Below are positions 37,494 to 50,542 of a DNA stretch of 64,000 nucleotides, in pieces. The stretch covers positions 70,680,001 to 70,744,000 of the forward strand of contig NC_083413.1 in the NCBI RefSeq assembly GCF_020745735.1, in the 5' to 3' direction. The number at the start of each line of letters is the position of its first letter. Within the stretch, counting starts at the first letter, position 1. The notes beneath the pieces were generated by a model that searched no databases, was not told the DNA's origin, and saw only the letters and a program-made list of their open reading frames with translations. The DNA comes from Hemiscyllium ocellatum. Its lineage: Eukaryota. The position numbers and the translations under genes are program-made.

Positions 37494-38358
37494 CTAGCCC
37501 CCACCTATTAAGGTGCAACCTGTCCCTCTTGTATAATTTATCCTTACTGCAAAACATACCCCAGTGATCTAAGAATTTAAATCCTTGCTTCCTGCACCAG
37601 TACCTCAGCCACGCATTATCTCGCTATTCCTGCCCTCTCCAGCCTGAGGAACTGGAAGCAAACCGGAGATAACCACCCTGAAAGTCCTGCTTTTCAGCCT
37701 TCCTCCGAGTTCTCTGAAGTCCCGCTGTAGAATGTCCCTCCTCTTCTTCCCGACATCATCTGTGCCGACATGTACCACCACCTCTGGTTCTTCACCTTCA
37801 CCCTTGAGGATTTCCTGCACTCAGTCGGTGACATCCAGGATCCTGGCACCAAGTAGGCAACACACCATCCTCAACTCGTCTGTTGCCGCAGAAGCCCCTT
37901 TCAGTCCCTCTCACTGTTAAGTCCCCTATTATCACGGCTCTGCATGATGTTTGACTCCTCAGCTCTGCCTTCATGCCAATTTTCGATCAGCTGACCTGCC
38001 CACCTCTTGGACTGGCAGTGTCATCTGCCTCGACAGTTTCCAAGAGAGCCAACCTGTTCACGAGAGGTACTTCCCCCAGAGTCTCTTGTATTTGGATCAT
38101 CTCTTCCTTCCTCATTATCATCTCCCTTCTCTCTTCTGGTATGTTCGGTGTAATGACCTCGCTGAAGGTCCTGTCCAGAAAATTCTCGTTCTCTCAGATG
38201 AGCCTCAGGTCATCTAGTTCTTGCTTCAGTGCTGTAACATGCTCCTCCAGAAGCTGGATATGTACACACTTTCCACAGCTTTAGAAGCCAGAGAGACCAT
38301 CAGAGTCTCTAAACCCCCACATCATACACGCAGCACACTGAATCAGCTTGGCAGTCAT
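37494..38358 (-). pseudogene. CR1 ORF1 remnant: zinc finger, coiled coil and SGNH/GDSL esterase domain
   Basis: ATG at 38358 begins MTAKLIQCAACMMWG; then KCVHIQLLEEHVTALKQEL, VIGDLTVRG, VVVHVGTDDVG, VVISGLLPVP and DRLHLN; frameshifted. Confidence 0.85.
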
Positions 38359-38420
38359 GTCTTCACCCTCTTCAAATGTGGAATAATCTCCTCACTCAGC
38401 CTCTTTGTCGAAGACTCCTG

Positions 38421-38625
38421 CTTAAATAGCGCTCACTAACCTTTCCAAAGGCCTCTGTGCTTCGACCTCACTTCTGCCCAGCTCCTGCTGCTCTCTGCTG
38501 CAAAAAAGACCACTGGCTTTGAGGTAAGTACTTAAATAGCACTCACTAAACTTCCCAAAAGCCTCTACGCTCCAACCACACCTCCGCCCAGCTCCTGCTG
38601 CTCTCTGCTGCAAAAAAAACCCAGT
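38421..38625 (-). repeat. Two ~110-bp tandem monomers in the CR1 5'UTR
   Basis: cttaaatagc.ctcactaa...cccagctcctgctgctctctgctgcaaaaaa begins at both 38421 and 38531. Confidence 0.9.
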
Positions 38626-39579
38626 CCACTGGACCGGCTCCCTGACACCCAGTGAACCAGACTGGGTACTGCCACTAATCTGTCAATCTGTAATGTTTTC
38701 AAAGGTTTTCTATTGCTTAACTAATTACATTTTCCACTTACTTGCTCATTCCCCTCATCAATCTATTCCTTCAGTTCACAAAGGCATCAAGAAGTACCTA
38801 TATCTACATGTATCCACTGTTAAGTTTAGGTGGGAGCGCTTTGTCACAAGAACATCTATAGTTTAAAATGTCTATAGCTTTCTAATCTGGTGAGTCAATG
38901 GGTTAATTAAAACTTGTAAAGCAATCTCACTCGCTCCCTTAGCGTATGTCTAACTTATATTGTCATGATTTGGTTTATGTAAATTCCTGAGGGAGGCAAT
39001 TCCCAAAATGTCGATGCTGTAACTTTCCTCTTGATAATCGTGCTCTGTTCTACATATGGAGCCTTCCACTGCTCTATCTATTCATCTGTTGCCAAATGTA
39101 TCCTTCAGAGCTGCAAAACAATTTCTAGCCACGCAACCAAACCCTTAATGATGTGACACTAACCTTGAAAGAATTATGGCCTTTTCCCTAAACCGAGAAG
39201 TATTTGGGTCAGGCCAGCTGCCACTTGGAATTGTGTTGAATGAAAGAAGTCCTTATATCCCATATTCAAAGCTGATGTTCAAAGCTCTCTAATCCCCTAT
39301 CACTGAGACTGTCCAGATGTCTGACCTATTAAAGAAAGTGCACTTTAGTTAGTAATCAGATGGTTTGCCTAATTGTTAGGTCTCTGCCATCTATTTTTCA
39401 GAGGTGAATATGTTAGCTGTCTGACAAAGTGTTACTAAGTATGTGGATCACCTCAGAGAATCAGGAGATAATTGTAGGTTGCAAATTGAAAAGCCGAATT
39501 AATTGCAGAAGTAAAGTGACTGCATGATGAATGCAAGAAATCTTTCGCACCAGAATTATCTCAAAAGCAAGAACTTCTG

Positions 39580-40070
39580 ACAACTGCAACAAGTTACATC
39601 AATATGGAACCATCTGATGATGTTTCATGGGAGTATGGTGAAGCCAATTTGACACATAATGAGATGTTAGGACTGTGTTTTTAATCCTAGCGATAGAATT
39701 GATGAGAGCCATCTCTGTCTATATGTGCAAATAGGAGTTTTATTCAATGCTTTTAAAATGTCTATTGTGTATACTGACTTTTGTCTTAATTTCACTGTAA
39801 CTAAACCTAAACACTTGGCTAACAGTACAGAATTCATAGTGCAGTTACCATTCATATACCTGTACATTCAAGCACTGAACAACTGAATACAACAATTAGA
39901 AAAAGTAATTTCAAGGAGCATCTTCAAGGAAGAGACTGAGTGGTAGTGAGACGGAGAAGTTCAGGGATTGAATTGTAGAGTTTGTGTTCTGGGTAACCAA
40001 AGGTTTGACCCATCAGTAGTAGAGAGGTGAAATCTGGGGAGACTTAAGAGACTGGAAATGGAATATTGTG
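39580..40070 (-). mobile_element. Old L2-like LINE 3' fragments
   Basis: aatttgacac..gagatgttaggac and ggagcatcttcaagga...agggattgaattgtagag resemble L2 3' ends; highly diverged. Confidence 0.4.
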
Positions 40071-40094
40071 CTGATGAATTCATTAACGTGGATT

Positions 40095-40440
40095 GATTGA
40101 AGAAGCTGGGACTGTTCTCCTGTGAGAAAATAAGGCCCAGGAGTGATTTGATCAAGATGTTCAAAATTATGAAGGTGCAGAACCATGTAAATAGGAATAG
40201 ACAGCTTTGATTGATGGAAGGGTCAATAATATAGCAAAATATAGTGTCAATATAAGACAAAATAAGCAACAGCAATGTGAGGAAAACCTTTCTTACCTAA
40301 CCAACTGGTAAAGATCTGGAGTTCATTAGCTCAAAGGGTGGTGCAGGCAGATTCAATTGTGGTTTTCAAAATAGAATTGGATAATTATTCTGAAGTGAAA
40401 AAAAATGCAGGGTGGCAGCCAAGAGATGGGGAGTCCGGAA
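40095..40440 (+). mobile_element. Old CR1 3' fragment
   Basis: LKKLGLFS, DLIKMFKIMK and RKTF remnants. Confidence 0.7.
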
Positions 40441-41447
40441 ATTTTTGGAGGGTGCATTGATTCCTTTCCAGTCTTACTTCTCCATTGGCAATATCAATTT
40501 TACGTTTAACCAGGACAATGATATGGTCATTTATATGAATTGGAAACACGAAATGGTTTTGTATTCAAAACAATTCAACCAGATTTCATTAGTCACCAAA
40601 GAACAAATAATTTATTACCAATGATACTTGAATGTACAAGAAGTATAAACAAGAAATAGTTTAGCAAAGAAAGATAAAACATATATTGGAATAATTCAAA
40701 CTCAGGTTGAAGAAAATGCAGGTAACAAATGGACAATCCAAAGACAACATCAAAGAACAAATGCAATCAAACAGATCCATGGAATTATTAGCATCCTACC
40801 CAGATTGCAGTGACACCCGGTCACCAAATTTTATTAAAGCTTCACTAGAGTTTACAATTGTTCACTTCTGATGGCCTGCCCTCGAGACTCCCTCTGAAGC
40901 CTTGATATCATGAATTGCCTTAATAAAGTGGTTCACCTTTCTTTCCAGAGCCTACACTGCCCTGGATTTTGGCAACAGCACTCCAACACTGACTTATAGG
41001 CACAACTCCAGCTTTTCACAAAAAGGAGCTTCTCCAGTCCATTACTGTCTGCTTTCCTATTCATGCATTTGATAAGGCTGGTGCCATGTGTGTGTATTTG
41101 CTGGTGCCCTGTAACTGCAGCAAGCTAACTATCTTTCCAAATTCTACTGTCCAGGCTGCAGCTCAGACCTGGTCATTGGAAAACCAAATAAACTGGCGTG
41201 AAATTCCTCAGTTGGCATCAGTTACTCGTGGTCCCTTTGTTGTGGCATGATGTTGAGATCCCATGCAGGCCATCCATCACTCCCTGGAAGGAGCCAACTA
41301 CACAGAAATTCCCAGAGTGGCTGTCACCTCCACAACTACTGGGGAAGGATGGCTTCCCATTCCTGCAGCTTTCAGGTCCTGCTCCAGCATAGTTCTGTCA
41401 CAATGACCGAAAACAATATTGTACTTTGTCCACAGGAATCAGAGTAA

Positions 41448-44113
41448 GGGTTGAAAATTGCTGGACCTTTAACAGAATCCATGCATCCTGAGGGGCCCTG
41501 AGTCTGCAAATTGAGCTGAGGGCTCCTCAGTGGCTTGCTCCTACTGCTGGGCTTGGTCTCACCATGGTCTGCCTTGGACTTTTTAGCAAGGCAGCCAAAA
41601 CCGCCAACATGGCACCAGTCACTGGATGCATTGTTCTTGTTGGAAATGACCTATGTGGGGAACATAAGGGGCAAAAAACGTTCTTAGCTCTGAGAACAGT
41701 CAGTGGTAGAATGCCCTGTAAATGGGGCTGCTCGCACCCCTCCAAACAGTGAGGCAAGCAGCACCCCAACAATGAGGTCCATATTTCCATCATTTCCCAC
41801 TTTAGCCTCAGTATTTGCAGCTACCTGGCAAGGGTGCTGCACTAACTGAGTAACTACCACAACACATCAAGAAAGAATGCCGACTGCACACTGACCCTCT
41901 CACCATTCCAGACCCACATTAGTCATTCAACCTTTCCATTGTGTTCACTGTAAAGACCATTGTTAAACTTACATAACATGGCTATGATCTCTGCCTCCCA
42001 CAGCCGCCTTGCAGGTTCCACAGGAAATGGTAGCTTTTGGTGAACATCCAGCCCTTTTTAACTCATTAATCATAACTTCTACATCATTGATATGTCAACG
42101 TTCAATTTGCAGAAGGTAATTTTATGGTGCGAATCACTTTGACCAGAGTGTGAATCTTAAACACATTCACTCTGTATCCCACTATCCAGCAAATGTGGAT
42201 CCCATACATTCCTCCTGACTGACAGTGACTCCACCCTCCCTGATTATGGTCACAGCTATTTTCCAGTTGCAATTCGCATCTAGAGAGTGACGAGTGATGG
42301 CAGGAGGGCGGATCACGATATACACTGTCAGCACTGGGCTCCCTGTGCAACCAAGTACTTCTCCAGAGGGTGCACATTCCCTTTAAACTCGCACTGCTCC
42401 AACAGCCTATTTCCCTCTGCTGTCCCCATTTGGAAACCCACCACATTGAACTCTCTGAGTCTGACCATTACACCTTAATGATGCCCGTTAAGCTCCTGTA
42501 CATTCCTGCTGTGGAGGCCATGTTGGTGGTCACTGCCAATATATCCTATCTTGTAGCCTGCCAGGCCCTCTGATGCTTTTAAGCAAATCCCCCATACACC
42601 TGGAGCTCAGACCAAGCACCATCCTTGACCCCACCTCGACACTTGCCTCTGGCTTTCTCGCCTAAGCCTTCATAGCCACTCTTTCGGGCATGATTCCCTC
42701 ACTCCCTTACACTCTCCTCAATGGTCAATGCATGGATCCCAGGACTGCATGCGCTTCAGACCTCTGACTAATGTGTACAAGCAGTTCCTAGACATGGCTA
42801 ACCAGATCCATAATTGGTGTTTGCAGCTCCCCAACTATCAAAACACAATTCCCCTGAATTCTTGCACTGGTTTCCCTGACTATGTCTGTCCTAATTGGAT
42901 GACCGACCATGGCCAAGGCCCTGGATTGTCTGAGGATGGTGCCCAGGTCCCCATGAGTGACAGCAATACTCCTCTTAGCCAGCCTGACTATTGGCCTGCC
43001 TCACTTGCCAACTTGTACGTTTTGCTTAGACCATAAACATAAGATCATAAGGAACAGGAACAGAAGAAGACCATTCAATTCCGCAAGCCTGCTCCACCTT
43101 TCAATAGGATCATGACTGATGCAGCACTCCTCATGTCCACTTTCTTGTTTTTTTCCCTCATAATCCTCAAGTCTCGTACTGATCAAGCACCTATCTGTTT
43201 CAGCCTTAAACATACACAAAGGACTGTGCTCCCACAGCTGTCTAAGAGAAAGATTTTCAAAGAGTCTCAGCCCTCTGAGAAAAGAAAGTCCTCCTCATGT
43301 GAATTAAATTGGCACCCCTTCATTCTGGGACTATGCTTGCTGTTCCTAGATGCTCCCATGAGTGGGGAGCATGCAGGGTGTTTGTCATGTGGGTAGCTGG
43401 CACAGAATGTGGGTGCTGGATTGACACCTCAGCATGCCACTCAGAAAGACGCCAACCCCACCCCTAGACACACTGTACTGACAAGCAGCCTGTCAGTGCA
43501 CCTGAGCAAAAGAGCATGCCAATATTGCAATCAATATTGACAGCCTTTGGCTTTAACTGAAGCAGCAACTCACCAACAGACACAGCACAGATGCTGCAAC
43601 CAACCAGGTAGGTGCTAAGTGAGCACGTGGCAAAAGACCAAGTTGGATGGTGCCAGGTACCACCTATGAACTGGGCTCATGCAAAATGTTCCTGCTGGGG
43701 CCTTTCAACACTTGTTGCCACCGTACCCTACAAATGGATCAGCGAGGTGCAATGAAGGACCATGATAGGGTTGGCTAAAGTTGGATGGCAAAGTCTGTGA
43801 ACAAGAGGGATATGAAGCTGGTGCCCATCTAGAGATGCTGTTTGGTCCTGATCAAATGGAGTGTGATGGCAGCTAGTGGTGAACTGAAGCCCTCAGGTAC
43901 CTACTCTGAGTTCCATGTTAAGAATTCTCAATGTTCAGCATATTTGGTGAGATGAGAGGCTGAATACTCAGAAACAAATTGCTCCATTAATAAGTTGTTT
44001 GAGAATGGTAATTGGTAACTCAATGCTGCCTGGCAAGTAACTCACGACACCATCCAGCAAAAGATGCAATGAGTTACTCCCAACTTTGAGATTGGCTCCA
44101 TCAAATTCTGACA
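41448..44113 (+). mobile_element. Second decayed Harbinger-like element related to 21928-24560
   Basis: tagaatgccctgtaaatggg (41707) is similar to tagaatgcctggtggatggg in the Myb/SANT exon of the first element; subterminal agatgagaggctgaata (43950) vs agatgggaggctgaata (24449) match at 16/17; ends in aaattctgacac. Confidence 0.45.
43033..43370 (-). mobile_element. CR1 3' terminal fragment
   Basis: cataagatcataaggaacaggaacagaagaagaccattc tail layout, matching 17147-17460. Confidence 0.75.
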
Positions 44114-44250
44114 CTTCTCTTGCCATAGCCTACGTTGCTCTGGGCCCTATAACATTACACTTGTGGAGTCTTCTGTCCCTCAGTTTTATCATCGTGCCGA
44201 ATTTAATTCTGCTGAGACCTGGTTGGACGCAACTTCATTATTCATTATTG

Positions 44251-44560
44251 TGGGTGGCACAGTGGGTCAGTGTTAGCACTGCTGCCTCACAGCAGCAAGG
44301 TCCCAGGTTCAATTCCAGCCTTGGGTGACTATCTGTGTGGAGTTTGCACATTCCCCCGTGTCTGCTTGGCTTTCCTCCGGGTGCTCCGGTTTCCTCCCAC
44401 AGTCCAAAGATGTGCAAGTCAGATGAATTGGCCATGCTAAATTGCCCTAGTGTTAGGTGCATTAGTCAGAGGGAAATGGATCTGGGTGGGTTACTCTTCG
44501 GAGGGTTGGTGTTGACTGGTTGGGCCGAAGGGCCTGTTTCAGTACTGTAATGAATCGAAT
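44251..44560 (+). mobile_element. HE1-type SINE
   Basis: ttagcactgctgcctcacag, ggttcaattcc, standard core, gggccgaagggcctgtttc. Confidence 0.92.
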
Positions 44561-45726
44561 CATTATGGAGAAGACAGCCATCACCTGTGCTAGCAACTCT
44601 CAAGAAATCTTGCACCGTGAAGGATGAGAAACCTTAGTGTTGTCTGCACTGCTTGGTTGTTAAGTATTTATAAAATCTTGTTTATTAAATCTGACTTATT
44701 TCATAAGCATTGATTATTTTGATGTTAAGCACAACTGAGCATTCCATTGATATAACTGCAAGAACCTGCAACTTGGTGCTTTTAAATAAAAAAGTTTATT
44801 AATCTCAAAACTCTCTAAACTTACAAAGTTTGTGAGTTATTCTTCCAGAGATCTGGTGGATTTCCCTCTGTGCTGTAACCATTCTTTGGTTCAATCTCAG
44901 AGGATGTATGGCTGGTGTAGATTCCAGAGTTTGGAAGGATTAAACTTTAGTTGAGTTCAAGAAGTACTAAACTTTGAAGGAGATTTCCCATGGTGATAAA
45001 TATGACATTGTTGCTTAAAAGCCAAGTTGCATCCAACATTGACCGGATACCTTTAAAGGCACAGTTAGCAGCTGACATGGTCTAAAAGAGATTGGCAATA
45101 TTCTGGCTTTTGCTTCCTCAGACTTCACTACAGAAGGAAAAAAAGATTCGCCCCAAAATAGGGCAATCATTCTTCTTTACTTTCTTTTTTATTCCCAGTT
45201 ATGAACCACAAATGTAATTTAAGGAATGAAACATGAGATTTGTGTGAATGCAATTTGGTTAGTGGTAATCAATTGGGATTTTTACAGCGTACCTGGGCAG
45301 ACCCAGAGGATGGATTAAACTTGAGATTGCCGTTTATGATCAGTCACCAATGATTGACTTGACTAGAGATGGCCAGCAGGTCAGCTGAACACAGCAGGGA
45401 AACATCAAGCAATGCTCAATCAATTTAAAGGAATGTTTATGTTCCCCTCACGTTAACAAGAAACTACTTTGCTCCCCTGACTTTTCAAACTCTTAAAATA
45501 ACACTGCTTTAAATTACCCGTATTAAAACATGAGGTAATCAATATGCAGGTAATGTGATTTGTGATACGTTCAAGAATGGTTACAAATTTGTTGTAGTTT
45601 TACGAGTGCACTGGGATAAGAATTCTTTCCATTATAACTAAATACAGAAATTGTACGTGGACGGTTTGAAAATATTAGTGATGCAGATATTTCAACTAAT
45701 GTACTTGAAGACTTGAGCATATCATT

Positions 45727-45902
45727 GAATCCATACAGTGTAGAAGCAGGCCATTTGGCCCAATGAGTCCACACCAACTGTCCAAAGAGCATCCCACTAC
45801 CCTATCTCTGGAACCCTGCATTTTCCATGGTTAACCTATTTATCCTATATCCCTGAACACCATGAGTGAATTAGCATCACCAATCCGCCTCACCTGCACA
45901 TC
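45727..45902 (-). mobile_element. HE1-type SINE, 3' half
   Basis: gaatccatacagtgtagaagcaggccatttggccc...cctcacctgcacatc. Confidence 0.8.
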
Positions 45903-45904
45903 AT

Positions 45905-46080
45905 TGTTAAAAATCACACAACACCAGGTTATAGTCCAGCAGGTTTATTTAGAAGTACTAGCTTTCGGAGCACTGCTGCTACATCAGGTAGCTGTGCAGC
46001 AGGATCGTAGACACAGAATTAATAGTGAAAGATCACAGTGTCAAGCAACTTAAACAATATATTGAACAAACCTAGATTGC
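45905..46080 (-). mobile_element. Penelope-like (Neptune-type) terminal repeat with a hammerhead-like motif
   Basis: Minus strand uac-CUGAUGu-agcagc(agu)gcucc-GAAA-GCUA-gua (45956-45990), then aaataaacctgctggactataacctggtgttgtgtgattttt. Confidence 0.7.
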
Positions 46081-47229
46081 TAGACTGCTAAATGATTCCT
46101 CTGATCATCCACAAAGTTATCCAATAGGCTAACACTGGTCATCCATGAGTCAGTGACCTAGGAATTTGATCATGCAATGTCTACTTTATTCAGGTAGAAA
46201 TAAAGACAAGATATATTGCAAGAGTGCACTGCACATTTAGGATTAAGATTAAGTTTTATTGTCACATGGTAATCAAATACATTGATACATGAGTACAGTG
46301 AAAAATGTACAAAATTGCTATTCCTGGGGCCATCTTAGTTATAAAGGGACCTAGGTACAAAGTAAAAGAATAAAGAAATAAATTAAAAGTTCAGCATTAC
46401 TTTTACCTGCCCCTTACTACTTAGAAGATCAGAAATTCTGCCTACTTACTCAAACTAATATAAGTATTCTGACTGTTTAAGGTCTTTCCACATTGTGTTC
46501 TCAGTTGGCTACAGCAGGGCTTTAAGCATGCTCACTGGTATTGTTCTTTGCAAGCTCATGCTATGATGCCTCACCTTACTGTTAGGCACTTTACAGCTTT
46601 CTGCTCTTAACACTGAGTTTTACAATGTTAGACTTTGAACAACATTCTAATAATCTTGGACAATTGGTGCAAGTAATAAAAGATTTCTCCAACAAATCCT
46701 TTGGTCAGAGAGGAAATCTGGGCTGCTTGCAAAGATAGTGATAGAAGAACTTGTGGATAGTTCACTTCTGGGGTCTACCTGGCTTTCTCCACAATATTCA
46801 CCCACCATGGTCACCTTTTCTTATCCCTATATCATCTCGCTTTGCTTCAAACAATCTTCCCAAACAGCATTCAAACCTCACAGATCTTGGCTATTATTTC
46901 TTCTTCTTCCCATGCTTTTAGCAGCTTCTGAACATTCTTAAAATCAACAAATATCCTAACGCCTTCCACTCTGGGTGTTTCTAATCTGCTTGAACTGCAG
47001 ATACTCAAGAAATTGGCTCAGCAACATCTTCTTCCAGGACAAGTAAGGATGGGCAGTAAATGATGGGCTAGCCAGTGTTATCCACCTTTTGTGAATGATT
47101 ATACGTACAACTGGAAGCCATTTGAGTCATTATGCCTTAACTGATACTAGATTTATATCTGGGCATTATGAAATGCAACTTCATTGTTCCTTCTCCACAT
47201 TGTAATGTCCCAAGAACACTAAGGATTTT

Positions 47230-47900
47230 CAGAACAGAAGTAGGTGTAGGCATAGCCATATGGGATGTTGAGCATGCTCATCATTAAAAGCAGCAATGTT
47301 TCCTCTGCTCAAGGCCCCACCTTCAGTTTTTTGCTTACTCTTCATATCTCTTGACTCTCTCATCGTTGAAACATTTATCTCTCTAAGTTTTGAATATATT
47401 CAATGATCAAGGCTCTGCGGCTCTCTGGGGAAGGGAATTTCAAAGACTCACAACCTCCTGAATGAAGAAATTCCTACTCATCTCCTTCTTAAATGGTTGA
47501 CACTTACTTTGAAACATTGCCCCTGATTCTAGATTGCCCCACAAGGGGAAGCATTCTGTCAGCCTCTATCTAGGTATGCTCCCTCAGAATCCTATATAAT
47601 TTAATAAAATCACATTTCATATTTCTAAACACTCCAGTGAGTATAAGCAATAGCATCTCAACCTTACCCCATAACACAATAGCTTCATTCAGTGAACTAA
47701 ATGAGTGAACCCTCTCTGAACTGCTTCCAGTACAAGTATGATCCCTTAAGTAAGGAGACCAAAACTGTACATCAAAAATGCAAACGCACCAAATGTTTTA
47801 CAATTGTAGCAATTTTATCTTATGTTATACTCCATCAACATTGTAATAATGGACAACATTTCACTTTTCATCTGAATTACTTGCTAGTGTTGCATGTTTA
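47230..47900 (-). mobile_element. Old CR1 3' fragment
   Basis: gaatgaagaaattcctactcatctcc, aggagaccaaaactgtac and similar ORF2 C-terminal remnants. Confidence 0.75.
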
Positions 47901-48002
47901 ATTGACAAGGGCATGAAACATCCCCGGAGCATAGCTTTCTCTAGTTTCTCTATTTTCCTGTTAAGTTATTTATCCAGTTCCATTTTAAATTATGTGTCAG
48001 GG

Positions 48003-48348
48003 ATGGGATGGGGCTCAGTGGTTAGCACTGTTGCCTTATTGCTGCCAGGAACACAGGTTTGATTCCAGCCTCGGGTGACTGTCTGCGTGTAGTTTACACG
48101 TTCTCGTAATGTCTGCATAGGTTTCCACCAGATGCTCTGGTTTCTTCCCACAATCAAAATATTTGCAGATTAGATGGTTTGGCCATAGTATTCCCAATTA
48201 CCCATAGTATTCAGGGTTGATTAGGTGTATTAGCCACGAGAAATACAGGGTTATAGGGTAGGAGTATGGGTCTGGGTGGGAGGTTCTTCAGAGAGTTAGT
48301 GTAGACTTGTTGGGCTGAATAGCCTGTTTTTACACTATGAGGATCCTA
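48003..48348 (+). mobile_element. HE1-type SINE (diverged)
   Basis: gggctcagtggttagcactgttgcc, ggtttgattcc, core and 3' part recognisable. Confidence 0.87.
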
Positions 48349-50429
48349 CATAATTTTGCCTCAATATCTGATTGTGGTAAAACATTTCAAGTCTGAATAA
48401 AATTATACAGAAATATTATAACTACTCCCTCACTTCATCTTTTGGTTTTTTGATGCCGGTGTAGGTTGCAGGAGGAGGATTCGACATTGGGAATTTTATA
48501 ACCTAAGTTCAAATACCTCAACAGCAAGGGTCTTATGCCTAGTGTCAGTCAGTGATGCTAAATGCATTATAACACTTTTGAGCATGGACAGCGTTTTGAA
48601 AAAAGCCATTTCATTTGTAATCCTTTTCTCATCACTCAGTGCTATATTGTGAAAAAATATATTGACATAGTCACTGTTGAGAGAAAAAAATGCTAAATGA
48701 ATTTCAAGTCAAGTAGCATCAGTGAGTTGTTTCCGGTTGCAAGGTCTTCCTTTTTATTCTGTGACCAAAAGCTAAGAACAATTCCAGTGAAATCAAGGAT
48801 GCATATTCAAGAGATATTTTCCGGGTCTGGTTGGGACACAATTTTTAAACATCGTGGGAGTTTATTGCTTTTTTTTTGGCACATTGATTTGAATTGTGCT
48901 CAGTGAAGTAACAGATGGCCTTTCCTTCTGTCCTGAGTCCCTGACATGGCACACATTACAGATATTATAAAGAGGGTTTGTCATGTTTGCTTTCTCGAGT
49001 CATATCAGCAGGAGTTGAAAACGATCAAGTTTTCATTCAAAGCTCTTCCTGTTGAAGTTACATTGTCACAAACAACCAGTGGCCGGAGGAAATGTCCCTC
49101 CTATATGTCAAAGTGGGAAGCTACATTGCTTGTTTAAAGGTCAAATCCACAATTAGATCTTGAAAAAGGAAATTAGTTATACAACAGCAATGAAAAGAAA
49201 AGATGACATGCAGAAAGTTTGAAATATAAACTGATAACACTCTAAAATTCCTATTCCATAAAGAAAACAGTAACTTCACATTAATATTTCTGAATTATTT
49301 ACTTTCGCCTTGAACAGAAATATTAAAAGCCAGATAGCAGTACTGATAAGGCCTAGAGAAATAAAATCGAAATACTCATTTGGAGAGACAGATATGATTT
49401 GAATAGCTTGTTGTCTCCTAAAATAGTTTTATTTCTCCTGTTCATTTCTGTGAAAATTCCTTTCAGTTTCTCCCTTGTAGACTTGCATGTCCTACATTAA
49501 TTTTTTGTCTGTTCAATTCCAAACCTCTGTGCCTATTTCAGGTCCTGTACCTACCCATCCCCACCTCCTTCTCACATGCTTTGTATCATTATCATCTCAC
49601 TTAACCTTATAACGCTGCTTATCCTGTGAATGGTGATCAAGGTTCATTCTTACCATTTATGACATTCCTTTCCACTAAGTGTTCAACTGCATTTTGTACC
49701 ATTTTCTGGAAAATTCTTCATATTTGTAGCTACACAGCACTTTGACATTTGGAATTGCTAACAAAGTAAATATGTCCACACAATTTACATCAGAGCAAAA
49801 TCTTAATCCCTCACTTAACCACTCGATGGTGTTTTTTTTTCATTATTTTTTCTTTCTCTAGCTTATTACTGAAGTTATGTGGTTTACTCTTTCGATAATG
49901 CTGGGGCATGAGAAATGCAAAGTTTGGATGGAAATGTAAAACTTGGTCAAAGATCTAAGCAGCGAAATGTGATCCCCGACTGTGATAGACTTAGTTTGTT
50001 TACAGGGTGATCAGGCATTCTGGTTTTGCTGGACAGTACTAGACTTCCAGCTAAGGCCCCCTGTTTCATCACAATTTCCTCAAAATTGTCGAAGCATCCT
50101 TGTTTTCAGACTTCCCTTTTTGGGCCAAAAGGGACAAAGTGACAACAAAATATTACTGCGACTGGAATGTAAGCCAAAAGGATAAAGCAAGGCAAGGGAG
50201 TGAGTGGTGCGAGGTAGGGATGATTTACATAGATCACTGATAAAATTCAACAAAAGTTTAATCCAGTGAGAAAGAATGTTTCTTGGAACACAATGCATTT
50301 TCCATGGCTAAAGAAGAAGTGGAAAGAAACAGTATATAGTTTTGCAGATTAGGGGCGGGGTCAGTGGAATTTACAGATTTTAATCATTCCCTCCTGAAAG
50401 ACATCGTTGGTCAACCGATAGCATGTAGA

Positions 50430-50542
50430 GTGCAGCAGCTCAAGAAGGCTGCTCAGCACTACCTTCTCAAGGGCAATTAGGGATGGGTTATAAAATGCTG
50501 GCCCAGCCAAAGGTGCCCACACCCAATGAGTGAATTAAAAAA
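50430..50542 (+). mobile_element. 3' tail of another non-LTR retrotransposon family
   Basis: caagaaggctgctcagcactaccttctcaagggcaattagggatggg...tgaattaaaaaa; related decayed tails at ~47005-47098 (+), ~52618-52690 (-), ~14315-14358 (+) and ~33110-33190 (+). Confidence 0.65.

Larger units (their letters stand above)
33990..38630 (-). mobile_element. Near-full-length CR1 LINE (5'UTR, ORF1, ORF2, 3' tail), inactivated
   Basis: Tail (ctattgt)n at 33990-34010; RT ORF 34943-35653; endonuclease NARSMRNK/ETW (37033-37269) and PTREKAILD/DHN (36404-36814); ORF1 and 5'UTR repeats listed separately. Confidence 0.95.
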
